64,000 nucleotides of DNA. Source: Berkelbacteria bacterium GW2011_GWA2_35_9. Lineage in GTDB: Bacteria > Patescibacteriota > UBA1384 > GWA2-35-9. Positions 10,128-19,171 of this stretch are shown here, piece after piece; positions within the stretch are counted from its first letter, which is position 1, and each line of letters opens with the position of its first letter. A program made the position numbers and the translations under genes. The DNA is taken from positions 4,080 through 68,079 of the forward strand of contig LBRB01000001.1 of NCBI GenBank assembly GCA_000991185.1, in the 5' to 3' direction. The notes under the pieces are model-generated. The model did not search any database. It worked only from the letters and a program-made list of their open reading frames with translations, and had not been told where the DNA came from.

Positions 10128-10967
10128 CTAAATTTGTCTTTGTGTATCTAAATTAGGTATATTATTCCTGATTCGTTTTATGCCATTTTTTATTAATGCA
10201 TCAACATTTTGGCGATTACAGCCTAGAATTTCAGCAGTTTTCTCAAGGGTTTTAAATTGACCGTCTTCTAATCCATAACGAATTATAATCGCTTCTCTTT
10301 GTTTCTTTGTTGTATTATTTAATAATTTATCAACCTTATCATAATATTGATTTGTTGTCAGATTTTCAACATCATAATCTACGCAAGGAAGGACATCTTG
10401 ATAATTTGGGGGTAGACCATCATGTGTTGATGTATAAAAATGTTGAAATGATATTATTTCCTCAAGGCTCAAGATTGGTGTAATACTATATAGTTTCTTT
10501 GCATATTGATATGCTTCAATACTAATCATTAAACGATCAGCAATCTCTTCATCGCTTAAATGATGGTTTTCACTAACCATCGAAAAATCTTGTATATGAC
10601 ATGCTATCAGTATATACCTAAGAAACTTTTCTGGAATTACAAAATTTTTACAATTATTATTTATATATCTTTTTAACCCCCTGTCAATGGCTGTGCACAC
10701 AAAAGTTGTAATCATGCCTTTATTTTTTTTATATCGTTTCAAAGCTTTAATGGTCAGTAAATAACCCTCTTCTATTAAATCCAACAGATCATCGGGGTTA
10801 TCTGTTAATTTTTTTGCCCTAAAAGTAATAAATTTTCGTAATGAATTGGCTATGATATGAAGAAATTTTATATCCCCAGTTTCAAGATACTTTTCATGAT
10901 AATTTAGTTGTTGTTCATAACTTAAAGTAGCTTCGGAAGAACTATAAAAATATAATACTGATGGCAT
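10128..10967 (-). CDS. Divergent sigma-70 family RNA polymerase sigma factor
   Basis: Region 2 DLIEEGYLLTIKALKRY; region 4 QREAIIIRYGL..KTLEKTAEILGCNRQNV; GGAGG SD. Confidence 0.8.
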   Translation of the reverse strand: MPSVLYFYSSSEATLSYEQQLNYHEKYLETGDIKFLHIIANSLRKFITFRAKKLTDNPDDLLDLIEEGYLLTIKALKRYKKNKGMITTFVCTAIDRGLKRYINNNCKNFVIPEKFLRYILIACHIQDFSMVSENHHLSDEEIADRLMISIEAYQYAKKLYSITPILSLEEIISFQHFYTSTHDGLPPNYQDVLPCVDYDVENLTTNQYYDKVDKLLNNTTKKQREAIIIRYGLEDGQFKTLEKTAEILGCNRQNVDALIKNGIKRIRNNIPNLDTQRQI

Positions 10968-11073
10968 GCTTCCTCCTTTCTATTCAAGTGCGAATTATGA
11001 AAAGTATAGCAAAATAATTAGAATATATCAATGTTCCTCGTATTATATTAACGATTAATTATTTTTATTTTTT

Positions 11074-12174
11074 TTATTCCCTACCCCCAATATCCAGCAT
11101 TTCAATACCTTTGATTTGTGGCAAACTGTTTCCAGCGATACCAGTCAAGCTACCATAAATTCCAAAAAGTGATTTATACATTTTTTCCAGTTCTTTTTCC
11201 CGTTGTTTCCACTGTTTTTCAAACGCCATTTTTTCTTTGTTGATTTGGTTCTGAAGTGAAAGATATGTCTCAATTATCGCTTCAAGTTGGTGAGAAAATT
11301 CACTGGAGGTCATATATTCAAACAAAATTTGTGCATCAGTTTGAGTTTTTGATGAAATGGCTTTTTGTTTGGCGACAGCTAAAAGTTGTTGTCGTAAAAT
11401 ATTAGCCAGAGAAATTGTATGTTTGGGTGTGGAAATCCAAACATTATTGATAGAAATAATATCTTTTTGACAATCTTTAGGCATAACAGTTGTAATCAAG
11501 ACTGCTAATTCGGCTTTTTCGGTTCGTTGATCGGACTTAAGTTTGTCAATAAAATTTTGATCAAATCTTTTTGTTCTTTTCAATTCCCAAATTATTTTTC
11601 CGGCACTATTGCCAAGCGGGGTTTTAACCACCTGAATTATATCGGCTCCCTTTATACCTTTTTTTACTTCAATGACTTCGTCATTCTGAAAAGCGTTTCT
11701 GAGTTCATTTTCTAAATCAAGTTCTAATATTTCACCTTGGGTTTGTTGTGATCCTTGTTCTGATTTTCGTCTTGCATTGTCAAGCAGTTTTTTCAAATCG
11801 TTGATCGTTTTATCCTTCTCCATCTCTCTATGCCGGTAGTCCTCTGAGGCTATTTTTATAGCATCTAATTTAGCTTTATCTTTTTCGATTCCAATCAATT
11901 TTTCCATTTCAAGAGCTCGTTTTTCATCATTTTCTTTAAGTGAGCGGATTAATTTATTTAATTCCAATAGTTGATTGCTTAAATCACGATTTCTTTCTTT
12001 CAATTCTCCAGTTTCATTTTCTTTGTCTTTTAATTTTAAATTATAATTTTCCTCAAATTTTGTTTTAATTTTACTTTCTAATTCAGACTTGGTTTTTTCA
12101 TCAATTTCGTGACTCAAAGCTGACGAAATTTCAATCGTTTTTTTACAATACGGACATTTAATTGTATTGTTCAT
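11074..12174 (-). CDS. DUF2130-family coiled-coil protein with nuclease-like C-terminus
   Basis: N-terminal CPYC, GSQQTQGEILE, GADIIQ, IIWELKRTK. Confidence 0.85.
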   Translation of the reverse strand: MNNTIKCPYCKKTIEISSALSHEIDEKTKSELESKIKTKFEENYNLKLKDKENETGELKERNRDLSNQLLELNKLIRSLKENDEKRALEMEKLIGIEKDKAKLDAIKIASEDYRHREMEKDKTINDLKKLLDNARRKSEQGSQQTQGEILELDLENELRNAFQNDEVIEVKKGIKGADIIQVVKTPLGNSAGKIIWELKRTKRFDQNFIDKLKSDQRTEKAELAVLITTVMPKDCQKDIISINNVWISTPKHTISLANILRQQLLAVAKQKAISSKTQTDAQILFEYMTSSEFSHQLEAIIETYLSLQNQINKEKMAFEKQWKQREKELEKMYKSLFGIYGSLTGIAGNSLPQIKGIEMLDIGGRE

Positions 12175-12271
12175 AGTAATTTGATTATAACATAGCTTAA
12201 TACTATTGATATATGAAAAAATTTATAGTATTCTATATGAGGAATTGGATTTGAAAAAGGGGGTCAAGGCA

Positions 12272-12388
12272 ATGCAAAAATTATTTGTAAAAGCGAAAAA
12301 ATATTATGATTATTTATTAATAGGTTTAGCAATACTCGCAATACTTTATTCATTCATAATTGTAATTGATACCTTATTTTTCAAATAA
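12272..12388 (+). CDS. Small single-TM membrane protein (38 aa)
   Basis: ATG preceded by AAGGGGG; hydrophobic LLIGLAILAILYSFIIVI; followed by a ttcccct/aggggaa hairpin. Confidence 0.5.
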   Translation: MQKLFVKAKKYYDYLLIGLAILAILYSFIIVIDTLFFK

Positions 12389-12429
12389 TAGTTCTTTAAT
12401 TTAATTTTCCCCTTTCTAGGGGAATTTTT

Positions 12430-15321
12430 TTAGAATAGATCACAAAAATCACAAGGGTAATCACTTTTTCTATGTTCAAATTTCAGAGCTTGGATATCAC
12501 CCCAAACTGATTTAATCAACTCTTTAAATTCCATCATTTCTTTATACGAAAACTGAAAATTCTGTTTAGCAAAACGAAAATCGTTATCTAAAAATTCCAG
12601 TTCGGTTTCAACTATTTTCCATTTTAATTTAAAGCGATAATCCAAATCTCCTAAAAGTTGATAAAACATTAATTGATATAAATAACTTTTGTCAGCTTTT
12701 TTGGTTAAACTTAAAATTTCATTTCTTGATCGAACTCGTCCGGTTTTATAGTCGATAACTTTAACTGTTTTTAATTTTGGATCAATCCATTCAATTTTAT
12801 CAATTTTACCAGTCAATGGAATTCCGGCGAAATGGATGTTGTGATTATAAAAACTATATTCGGTATGAATTGGCGGAGCGATGCTGTCTCTATTTTTTAA
12901 ATAATAATTTTCAATTAATTTATGTCCATCTTTTTGATAATGTTTGATATCGGACTTCGATAAAATTTCATCTCCAAGTGCATTATCGAAATAGCTGATA
13001 AATTCGTCTTGACTTGGCATTTCTCCACGATTTTTCATTTCAAGAAAAAAATCTTCAAACGCTTTGTGCATGGCTGTTCCATAACTTTGAGATGGCGATT
13101 TTATGGCGGGAACACGCAAGATATTTTTAATTAAAAAGTCTTTTGGACAACGGAGATAATTAGTTAGACTAGTTGGTGAAAGTGGACTATATTTGACTTT
13201 ATTTTGTAACCAGATTTTATCTTGTTTTTGAAAATTTAATTTCACTTTTTCTAGTTTTAAATTAAAAATACTTTTAACGATTTCATTGTTAATATTTAAT
13301 TCTTGACTATGTACCAATTTTGCATCTAGCTCATTAACAAAACGACTAGTAACAGTATTTTTTCCATTATGATTATTGGCGATTGAAATATTTATTTCAG
13401 ATTTGGCTCTAGAAAGTGCTACAAAAAACAATCGCCTCTCCTCATCAATCAATTCTTCAGATTTTGTCAAGTTATTTTCAAACGGAATAATAAATAATTC
13501 ACTATTCTTTTTTTGCCAATAGCTATTTTCCATTTGTGGTAAGTAAACTATTTCAAATTCGGTTCCCTTTGCACCATGAATGGTAGAGATGGTAACACCG
13601 TATTTTGAGTTAAACAATTTATTTTCTTTTAGAAATTTAATATTTATTGAACGAGCAGTTTCAAAATCATTTAAAATTTCTGGAAGTTTGTTTTTGTTAT
13701 TTTTAACATAATCAAATATTGTATTAAAAATATTAATTAAATTTAAATAATTTTTATTGTTTAAAATTTTTTCTTTAAAACCAAAATCAATAAATATTTT
13801 TTCGAATATTTGCGCACTGGTTAAATCATTTTTATCAATGATTATTTGTTTGATCTTTTCAATAAAATCACGGGACTTTTTATTTAAATGATTAAAACGA
13901 GATGTTTTTACGATGTTTAAAGATTTAATTTTATAGCAATTTTCAAGATTAAGTTTATCAGCAAAAGTGTAAACTAGTTGCCCCCAAAGAATTTTATTTT
14001 CTGGCTGATCAATAAATTTTAAAAAATTTAGATAGTTAATAACAATTTGTTCGTCAAATATATTTTCAGAACGATTGATATTAAAAGGAATATTCGTTCT
14101 TTTAAAGTAGTTTACCAGCTCATCAATTTGACTATTTTGACGAACAAAAATGGCGATATTCTCAGGTTTTATTTTTTGATTAAGTTTCTTTTCCATATCC
14201 GAAATAATTGAAAATATTTCTTGATCTGCATTATCATATAAACTTAAATTAATTTCACCAATTTTATTATTATCAGATTTCAATACTGTTTTAGCATTAC
14301 CATCAATAAAATTAGAATATAGATTAATAATATTTTGTGTCGAGCGATAGTTTTTATCAAGAATGATTTTTTTACTTTTTGAGTATTTTTTAGAAAAATA
14401 TTGAATATTAAAATTTGAAGCGCCTTGAAAGCGATAAATAGATTGGTTCTCGTCGCCAACGGCAAAAAGATTAGGGTTATCTTTAAAATAAGTGGTTAGA
14501 TTTTCTAATAATTTTAATTGCGAAGAATTAGTGTCTTGAAATTCATCGACTAAAATATATTGAAACTTTTCTTGCAAGATTAATGATAATTCCTGATTGT
14601 TTTCAATTGCTTGATTAATCCAGTTAATCATATCTTCATAATCATAAAAACCATTTTTAGCTAAATAGTTTTGATAATCAACAAATAAATTTTTTAATTC
14701 TTTAGTTCGTTCGATTTTGTTTTTTAATATTTTTAGTTCATTTTTATTTTTCTTATTCGCCTGATTGAAAATTTTATATAAACTCGTTTCTAATAAATTG
14801 GGTTCAATCCCTTCTCTTTTAAGATCTGAGAATGCTTTGGTAATTTGAGTAACAAAATAGAGATTATTTTTTAGTGGTTTAAGGCGATAGTAATTGCTTT
14901 TAATTAGCAGTTTTTTTATTATTTTAAATCGCTCTAATTCATTCAGACTAGTTAGCTCACGGAATTGTTTTTTATTTTGTTGTTCAAAATAAGTATTAAA
15001 AAAATATGGATATTCATTAATAATTTTGTTGGCAAAACTATGGAAAGTGTTAATTTCAATGTCGTAAGCTTGATTGCCAAAAATACTCAACAATCGTTCA
15101 CGCATTTCTTGCGTGGCAATATCTGTAAAAGTTAAACATAAAATGTTATAGGGATTAACTTGAGTTAATTTTAATATATTAGCAATTCTTAGAGCGAGAA
15201 CTTGAGTTTTTCCCGTGCCCGGTCCTGCCAAAACTAATACAGGTCCATCAATTATATCAACCGCTTTTTTTTGTTCGGAATTTAGTTTTAAATAATAATC
15301 TGTAAAAGAGTTTTTTGTCAT
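12430..15321 (-). CDS. UvrD/PcrA-family SF1 helicase fused to a C-terminal PD-(D/E)XK nuclease
   Basis: AGPGTGKT, LVDEFQD, VGDENQSIYRF, STIHGAKG.EF; C-terminal GKIDKIE..IDYKTG. Confidence 0.92.
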   Translation of the reverse strand: MTKNSFTDYYLKLNSEQKKAVDIIDGPVLVLAGPGTGKTQVLALRIANILKLTQVNPYNILCLTFTDIATQEMRERLLSIFGNQAYDIEINTFHSFANKIINEYPYFFNTYFEQQNKKQFRELTSLNELERFKIIKKLLIKSNYYRLKPLKNNLYFVTQITKAFSDLKREGIEPNLLETSLYKIFNQANKKNKNELKILKNKIERTKELKNLFVDYQNYLAKNGFYDYEDMINWINQAIENNQELSLILQEKFQYILVDEFQDTNSSQLKLLENLTTYFKDNPNLFAVGDENQSIYRFQGASNFNIQYFSKKYSKSKKIILDKNYRSTQNIINLYSNFIDGNAKTVLKSDNNKIGEINLSLYDNADQEIFSIISDMEKKLNQKIKPENIAIFVRQNSQIDELVNYFKRTNIPFNINRSENIFDEQIVINYLNFLKFIDQPENKILWGQLVYTFADKLNLENCYKIKSLNIVKTSRFNHLNKKSRDFIEKIKQIIIDKNDLTSAQIFEKIFIDFGFKEKILNNKNYLNLINIFNTIFDYVKNNKNKLPEILNDFETARSINIKFLKENKLFNSKYGVTISTIHGAKGTEFEIVYLPQMENSYWQKKNSELFIIPFENNLTKSEELIDEERRLFFVALSRAKSEINISIANNHNGKNTVTSRFVNELDAKLVHSQELNINNEIVKSIFNLKLEKVKLNFQKQDKIWLQNKVKYSPLSPTSLTNYLRCPKDFLIKNILRVPAIKSPSQSYGTAMHKAFEDFFLEMKNRGEMPSQDEFISYFDNALGDEILSKSDIKHYQKDGHKLIENYYLKNRDSIAPPIHTEYSFYNHNIHFAGIPLTGKIDKIEWIDPKLKTVKVIDYKTGRVRSRNEILSLTKKADKSYLYQLMFYQLLGDLDYRFKLKWKIVETELEFLDNDFRFAKQNFQFSYKEMMEFKELIKSVWGDIQALKFEHRKSDYPCDFCDLF

Positions 15322-15356
15322 ACTTATTGTTCGGTAAAAATATTAAATACTCTAAA

Positions 15357-15614
15357 TTATTTCAGTTTTTCAATTAATGTTTCTTTAGTCAAAATTCCTG
15401 AAAGTTGGTCAACAACCTCACTGTCTTTTTTTATCACAAAAGTCGGGATAGACATTACATTATATTTTTGTGCTTCATCTTGATGCTCATCAACATTAAT
15501 TTTGGTAAATTTAACATCTTTTAATTCTTCTTCAAGATTTTCGATAATTGGTTTCATTGATTGGCATGGTCCACACCAATCAGCGTAAAAATCAATTAAT
15601 TCTATTTGTGCCAT
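15357..15614 (-). CDS. trxA: Thioredoxin
   Basis: DFYADWCGPC, SIPT. Confidence 0.95.
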   Translation of the reverse strand: MAQIELIDFYADWCGPCQSMKPIIENLEEELKDVKFTKINVDEHQDEAQKYNVMSIPTFVIKKDSEVVDQLSGILTKETLIEKLK

Positions 15615-16116
15615 AATATATCCCTTTCCAATAATGATTTAATTTTGAATGATTTAATAATTTATAAGTTCCAAATATTACTGTTGTGTAAAATATATCG
15701 CCTAATAGCATATTGCGATAAAATGGCAGAGCGAGAGCGAAACAACGAACAAGACCGGAAAAATTTAATATGTACATTCCGGAGAAAAAGAAAACGGCAA
15801 GATTAGTCAGAATAAAAAATATTGTTGATGAAGTTAAGATTGCCAGTATTAAATTTTTAAAATTAAAATGGTTTTTTAAATATTGTCCAAATAAAGTTGA
15901 AAAGATCAAGGAAATGTAAACAGTTAGCATAATTTTAGGATCATAAAATCCGAGCAGAGCATCAGTGAATAACATAATAAATATTATTGAAATAACTGCG
16001 CTTTTTTTATCTAAATATTTCCCTCCAAAAATCCCAACGGCATTGATAGCAGTAAAATTTGCCGGATGGGTTATAACTCTAGAAAAACCAGCTAATAAAA
16101 TTAAAATATAAACCAT
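15592..16116 (-). CDS. DUF6580-like multi-TM putative transporter (ECF S-component-like)
   Basis: RVITHPANFTAINAVGIFGG, SSTIFFILTNLAVF, CFALALPFYRNMLLGD. Confidence 0.75.
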   Translation of the reverse strand: MVYILILLAGFSRVITHPANFTAINAVGIFGGKYLDKKSAVISIIFIMLFTDALLGFYDPKIMLTVYISLIFSTLFGQYLKNHFNFKNLILAILTSSTIFFILTNLAVFFFSGMYILNFSGLVRCFALALPFYRNMLLGDIFYTTVIFGTYKLLNHSKLNHYWKGIYYGTNRIN

Positions 16117-16160
16117 ATTTTAAGATAAAAAATATAAAACAAAAGAGTAAAGACAGTAAT

Positions 16161-16247
16161 TCAGACGAAACTAGAAAAAGTTGCTACCATACTCAATATT
16201 AACAGAACTATGATGGTAATAATAATTATTCTTTGCCAAGATTTCAT
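16161..16247 (-). CDS. 28-aa single-TM micropeptide (not in ORF track)
   Basis: MKSWQRIIIITIIVLLILSMVATFSSFV*; fills the gap between co-oriented genes. Confidence 0.5.
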   Translation of the reverse strand: MKSWQRIIIITIIVLLILSMVATFSSFV

Positions 16248-16262
16248 TATTGATAATATTAA

Positions 16263-16652
16263 TTAAAATTCAAACTTTTCGTACTTCCACTCAACCTTAT
16301 CGCTATTTTTCGTTATGTTTTTAGAAGCAGTTGAATCGGATTTAACACCATTAACATAGTAGACCCAAAAATAATCTTCTTGAGCGCCTTTACCATTAAT
16401 CGAAAGTACATATTCACCTAAGTCTTCACCAAAATCTTGGGTTTCAATTTCGGCTTTTTCTCTGAGTAAAGTCAAGACATCGATTCCATCTCGACCATCA
16501 TAACTAATTGATTCAATTTGACTATTTGTATTTGTAGCGTCTTTATTATAGCGACTATCTTGATCTTTTAAAGCTGGTTGCATCAAATAATAACCACCAA
16601 TAACAATCAAAATTACAACTGCTAATGACAAAAAAAGTTTATTATTTTTCAT
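16263..16652 (-). CDS. Membrane-anchored DUF4430 (transcobalamin-like C-terminal domain) protein
   Basis: ATG 16652 with AGGAG SD; TM anchor; YVLSING..YFWVYYVNG..DKVEWKY. Confidence 0.8.
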   Translation of the reverse strand: MKNNKLFLSLAVVILIVIGGYYLMQPALKDQDSRYNKDATNTNSQIESISYDGRDGIDVLTLLREKAEIETQDFGEDLGEYVLSINGKGAQEDYFWVYYVNGVKSDSTASKNITKNSDKVEWKYEKFEF

Positions 16653-16668
16653 AAATCTCCTTATTAAA

Positions 16669-17181
16669 TTATTTTTTAACTGTCTTTTGATAATAACTGA
16701 CAAGATAATAAAGCGCAACCCCCGTCGCAACTGACACATTAAGAGAATTTTTTTTACCCAACATCGGGAGCATGATTATATTATCAGACAATTTTAAGAT
16801 TTTTTTATCCACACCCTTAATTTCGTGTCCGACTACTAGTGCTAATGGAAATTGATATTTTATTGTATTATATTGTTCGGCTCTGCCCGTTAATTCAAGT
16901 GAAATAATTTGATATGTTTTCGATATTTTAGATAAATATTCTAAAATATCTTTATGATATTCCCACATAACGCTTTTTTCTGCTCCAATAGCAGTTTTTT
17001 CAATTTTTCCTAAAGAATTTTTTATTTTAGCCAGTGATGGATTTTTCATTTCATCTGTTCCAGTCATTCCGCACAGAACTACTTTTTCAATATTACAGGC
17101 GTCAGCAGTTCTCAAAATCGCCCCAACATTATAGAGCGAGCGAATATTATCGAGTACTAAAATAATTGGAAGTTTATTCAT
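16669..17181 (-). CDS. TrmH/SpoU-family RNA methyltransferase
   Basis: LDNIRSLYNVGAILRTAD, VGHEIKGV, SLNVSVA. Confidence 0.93.
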   Translation of the reverse strand: MNKLPIILVLDNIRSLYNVGAILRTADACNIEKVVLCGMTGTDEMKNPSLAKIKNSLGKIEKTAIGAEKSVMWEYHKDILEYLSKISKTYQIISLELTGRAEQYNTIKYQFPLALVVGHEIKGVDKKILKLSDNIIMLPMLGKKNSLNVSVATGVALYYLVSYYQKTVKK

Positions 17182-17229
17182 AACCTGATTATTTTACAGA
17201 ATATTTTTGATTACGTAAAGTGTTAAGCA

Positions 17230-17265
17230 CTAGCTCGGTCTGCCAAATGAGATGCGGTTGAGGGA
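17230..17265 (-). pseudogene. Relic copy of the dinB 3' end
   Basis: Translates SLNRISFGRPS* versus DinB APNRISFGEPK*; 24/36 nt identical. Confidence 0.6.
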
Positions 17266-17349
17266 AAATCATCCGACATTGATATTAGTATTGATTATTG
17301 CATTTAGTAACTTATAATTAATATAGTACATGGAAATTCAGGAAAGTAG

Positions 17350-17754
17350 GTGGTCATTATGTTGCGATTGATCCAAGGATTTTTCTTTCAAAATTACCAA
17401 AGTCTTGAACTTGGGTTTGGGCTTGAAGGAAGCGAAATGATGATAAGGGAAGGTTTGTGTCGTTTTATGTTTTATGGAGTTATTATTCCAAGTTCTCCCC
17501 AGACTCCGAATATATTAAAAGGTGAAATGAATGATCGTTTTGGTGAATCATTATTAACAGACATTGTTATCCTCCCAGATAAGGTAAGTTTTACAAAACA
17601 GTATCATCAGGATAAGCGAACTTTAAGTTACAATTTTACGCTTCAAGAAGGTAATGACAGGATTTGGGTAGGGAGATTTAGCTCTTCTTTTGCAAATGGT
17701 GATGCAAAATGTATTATTACTGAGGTACCAATCAGTTTTTTTGAACCAACTTAG
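17350..17754 (+). CDS. Hypothetical beta-rich protein
   Basis: 134-aa ORF opposite to its neighbours, followed by a hairpin and T-run; start uncertain (GTG 17350 or ATG 17359). Confidence 0.6.
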   Translation: MVIMLRLIQGFFFQNYQSLELGFGLEGSEMMIREGLCRFMFYGVIIPSSPQTPNILKGEMNDRFGESLLTDIVILPDKVSFTKQYHQDKRTLSYNFTLQEGNDRIWVGRFSSSFANGDAKCIITEVPISFFEPT

Positions 17755-17790
17755 ATCAAGTATTGTTTCTGTTACTTTGTCTTATTTTTC

Positions 17791-17822
17791 AAGCCTTACG
17801 CAAATGTGTGAGGCGTTTTTTT
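17791..17822 (+). terminator. Rho-independent terminator between convergent genes
   Basis: gccttacgca/tgtgaggc stem followed by a T run. Confidence 0.6.
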
Positions 17823-19029
17823 ATTTGGGTTCTCCGAACGAGATGCGATTGGGGGCGATTGCGTCGCTTTCGAGTAAATTGCCACTGGTGATGGTTTGAC
17901 TGCCGTACTTGTCGTTTATCTTATCCATTAACTTTGAGATGTTTTCTATCTTTTTTTGACAATCAAAAAGTGGTAACTGGTGAGCTGAACGATTAAGATT
18001 GTAAGCGGTTAAGTAGAGAGCAATTGGTTTAAAATTGCTTGGCAATTTATTCAAAAGATGACAAGCTGCCCAAGTGATTCTTTGACTATCGCAAACTAAT
18101 GGTAAACGACAATAAGTTTTGAGCGTTCCGAACGGTAAGGTTTTAATTATCAGTGAAATCGCTCCGGCTTGTAATTTTTCTTTTCTAAGGCGATAACCGA
18201 TTTTGAAAGCTAGTTTAGCTAAAACTTTTTTTAAACATTTTATTTCTCTTAATTCCGGTGGTAAGACAAAAGAGTGCCCAACCGTTTGACGACGAGACGT
18301 AAAAATATCGGTCTCATAGCCTCTTAATCGAAAATACCAAATTTTGCCCATATGTTTGAGGTTTTTCAGAAGATATAGTTGATCAGCTTGGTAAAGATCG
18401 GTTGGAGTTTTGATCCCCAAAAAGTTTAGTTTTTTCTCTATATTAAAATTAATTCCCGGCAAATCACGAAGTTTTAGTTGTTGATAAAAAGTTTTTAGAT
18501 TATCTAATCCACAAGTATAAAATCCATTCGGTTTGTTGATTTCTGAAGCGGTCTTAGCAATAAACTGATTTGGTCCAATGCCAATTGAGCAAGTTAGAAA
18601 ATCCCCTACTCTCTGACGCATTTGGTTTTTAATTGTACAAGCAATCTTTTGACAGCATGCAATATTTCTCTCGCTGGGTGAAAGTACTAATGACATTTCA
18701 TCAACGCTCATAACCCGAACAAATGGCGTTAAATTATTTAACAATTTAACAATTTGATGATGAAAAAAAATATAGAGTTCGGGTCGAGCTTCTTGAACGA
18801 TTACTTTTGGGTAAATAGCTTGTGCCTCCTTAACCAACATACCAGTTTTAATACCAAGCTTTTTAGCGTTTTTTGAGGGTGAAATAATACAACCAGTTGG
18901 ACTCACATAAGGCGTAACAACTATAGGTACACCTCGGAGGTTAGCCTGGACTTGTTGCTCGACTGAAGCAAAGTAACTATCCATATCGAGAAAAAGAATT
19001 CGGTAATTTTGTGGAGGCGCAAAAGACAT
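17821..19029 (-). CDS. dinB: Y-family DNA polymerase (DinB/Pol IV-like)
   Basis: FLDMDSYFASVEQ, SVDE, CSIGIGPNQFIAKTAS, KPNG; ATG 19029 preferred over TTG 19047. Confidence 0.92.
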   Translation of the reverse strand: MSFAPPQNYRILFLDMDSYFASVEQQVQANLRGVPIVVTPYVSPTGCIISPSKNAKKLGIKTGMLVKEAQAIYPKVIVQEARPELYIFFHHQIVKLLNNLTPFVRVMSVDEMSLVLSPSERNIACCQKIACTIKNQMRQRVGDFLTCSIGIGPNQFIAKTASEINKPNGFYTCGLDNLKTFYQQLKLRDLPGINFNIEKKLNFLGIKTPTDLYQADQLYLLKNLKHMGKIWYFRLRGYETDIFTSRRQTVGHSFVLPPELREIKCLKKVLAKLAFKIGYRLRKEKLQAGAISLIIKTLPFGTLKTYCRLPLVCDSQRITWAACHLLNKLPSNFKPIALYLTAYNLNRSAHQLPLFDCQKKIENISKLMDKINDKYGSQTITSGNLLESDAIAPNRISFGEPK

Positions 19030-19030
19030 A

Positions 19031-19063
19031 ATACAAAAAGCGTACAAAAACCGAACAAATAAA
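19031..19063 (-). promoter_or_regulatory. Three 11-bp-period direct repeats upstream of dinB (candidate SOS operator)
   Basis: Minus strand GTTC-N7-GTAC-N7-GTAT immediately upstream of the ATG. Confidence 0.4.
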
Positions 19064-19080
19064 ACAAGCTGGGGATAAAC

Positions 19081-19162
19081 AAAAATTAAAGATCAAAAAT
19101 TCAGATTAAAATTCAAAATCCAAATTTCAAATATTGAATATTGTATTTTGAGTTTTGAAGTT
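19081..19162. repeat. Degenerate heptamer arrays in inverted arrangement
   Basis: aaaattc aaaatcc aaatttc aaatatt followed by ttgtatt ttgagtt ttgaagt. Confidence 0.65.
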
Positions 19163-19171
19163 TAGCTATAT

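Noticed and set aside
16100-16700. Cobalamin riboswitch for the putative B12 module
   Set aside because: The intergenic gaps are too short and no B12-box-like sequence is visible
18929-18941. acacctcggaggt inside dinB matching the 46496 palindrome
   Set aside because: It lies in ordinary coding sequence (LRGVP) without extended arms; likely coincidence
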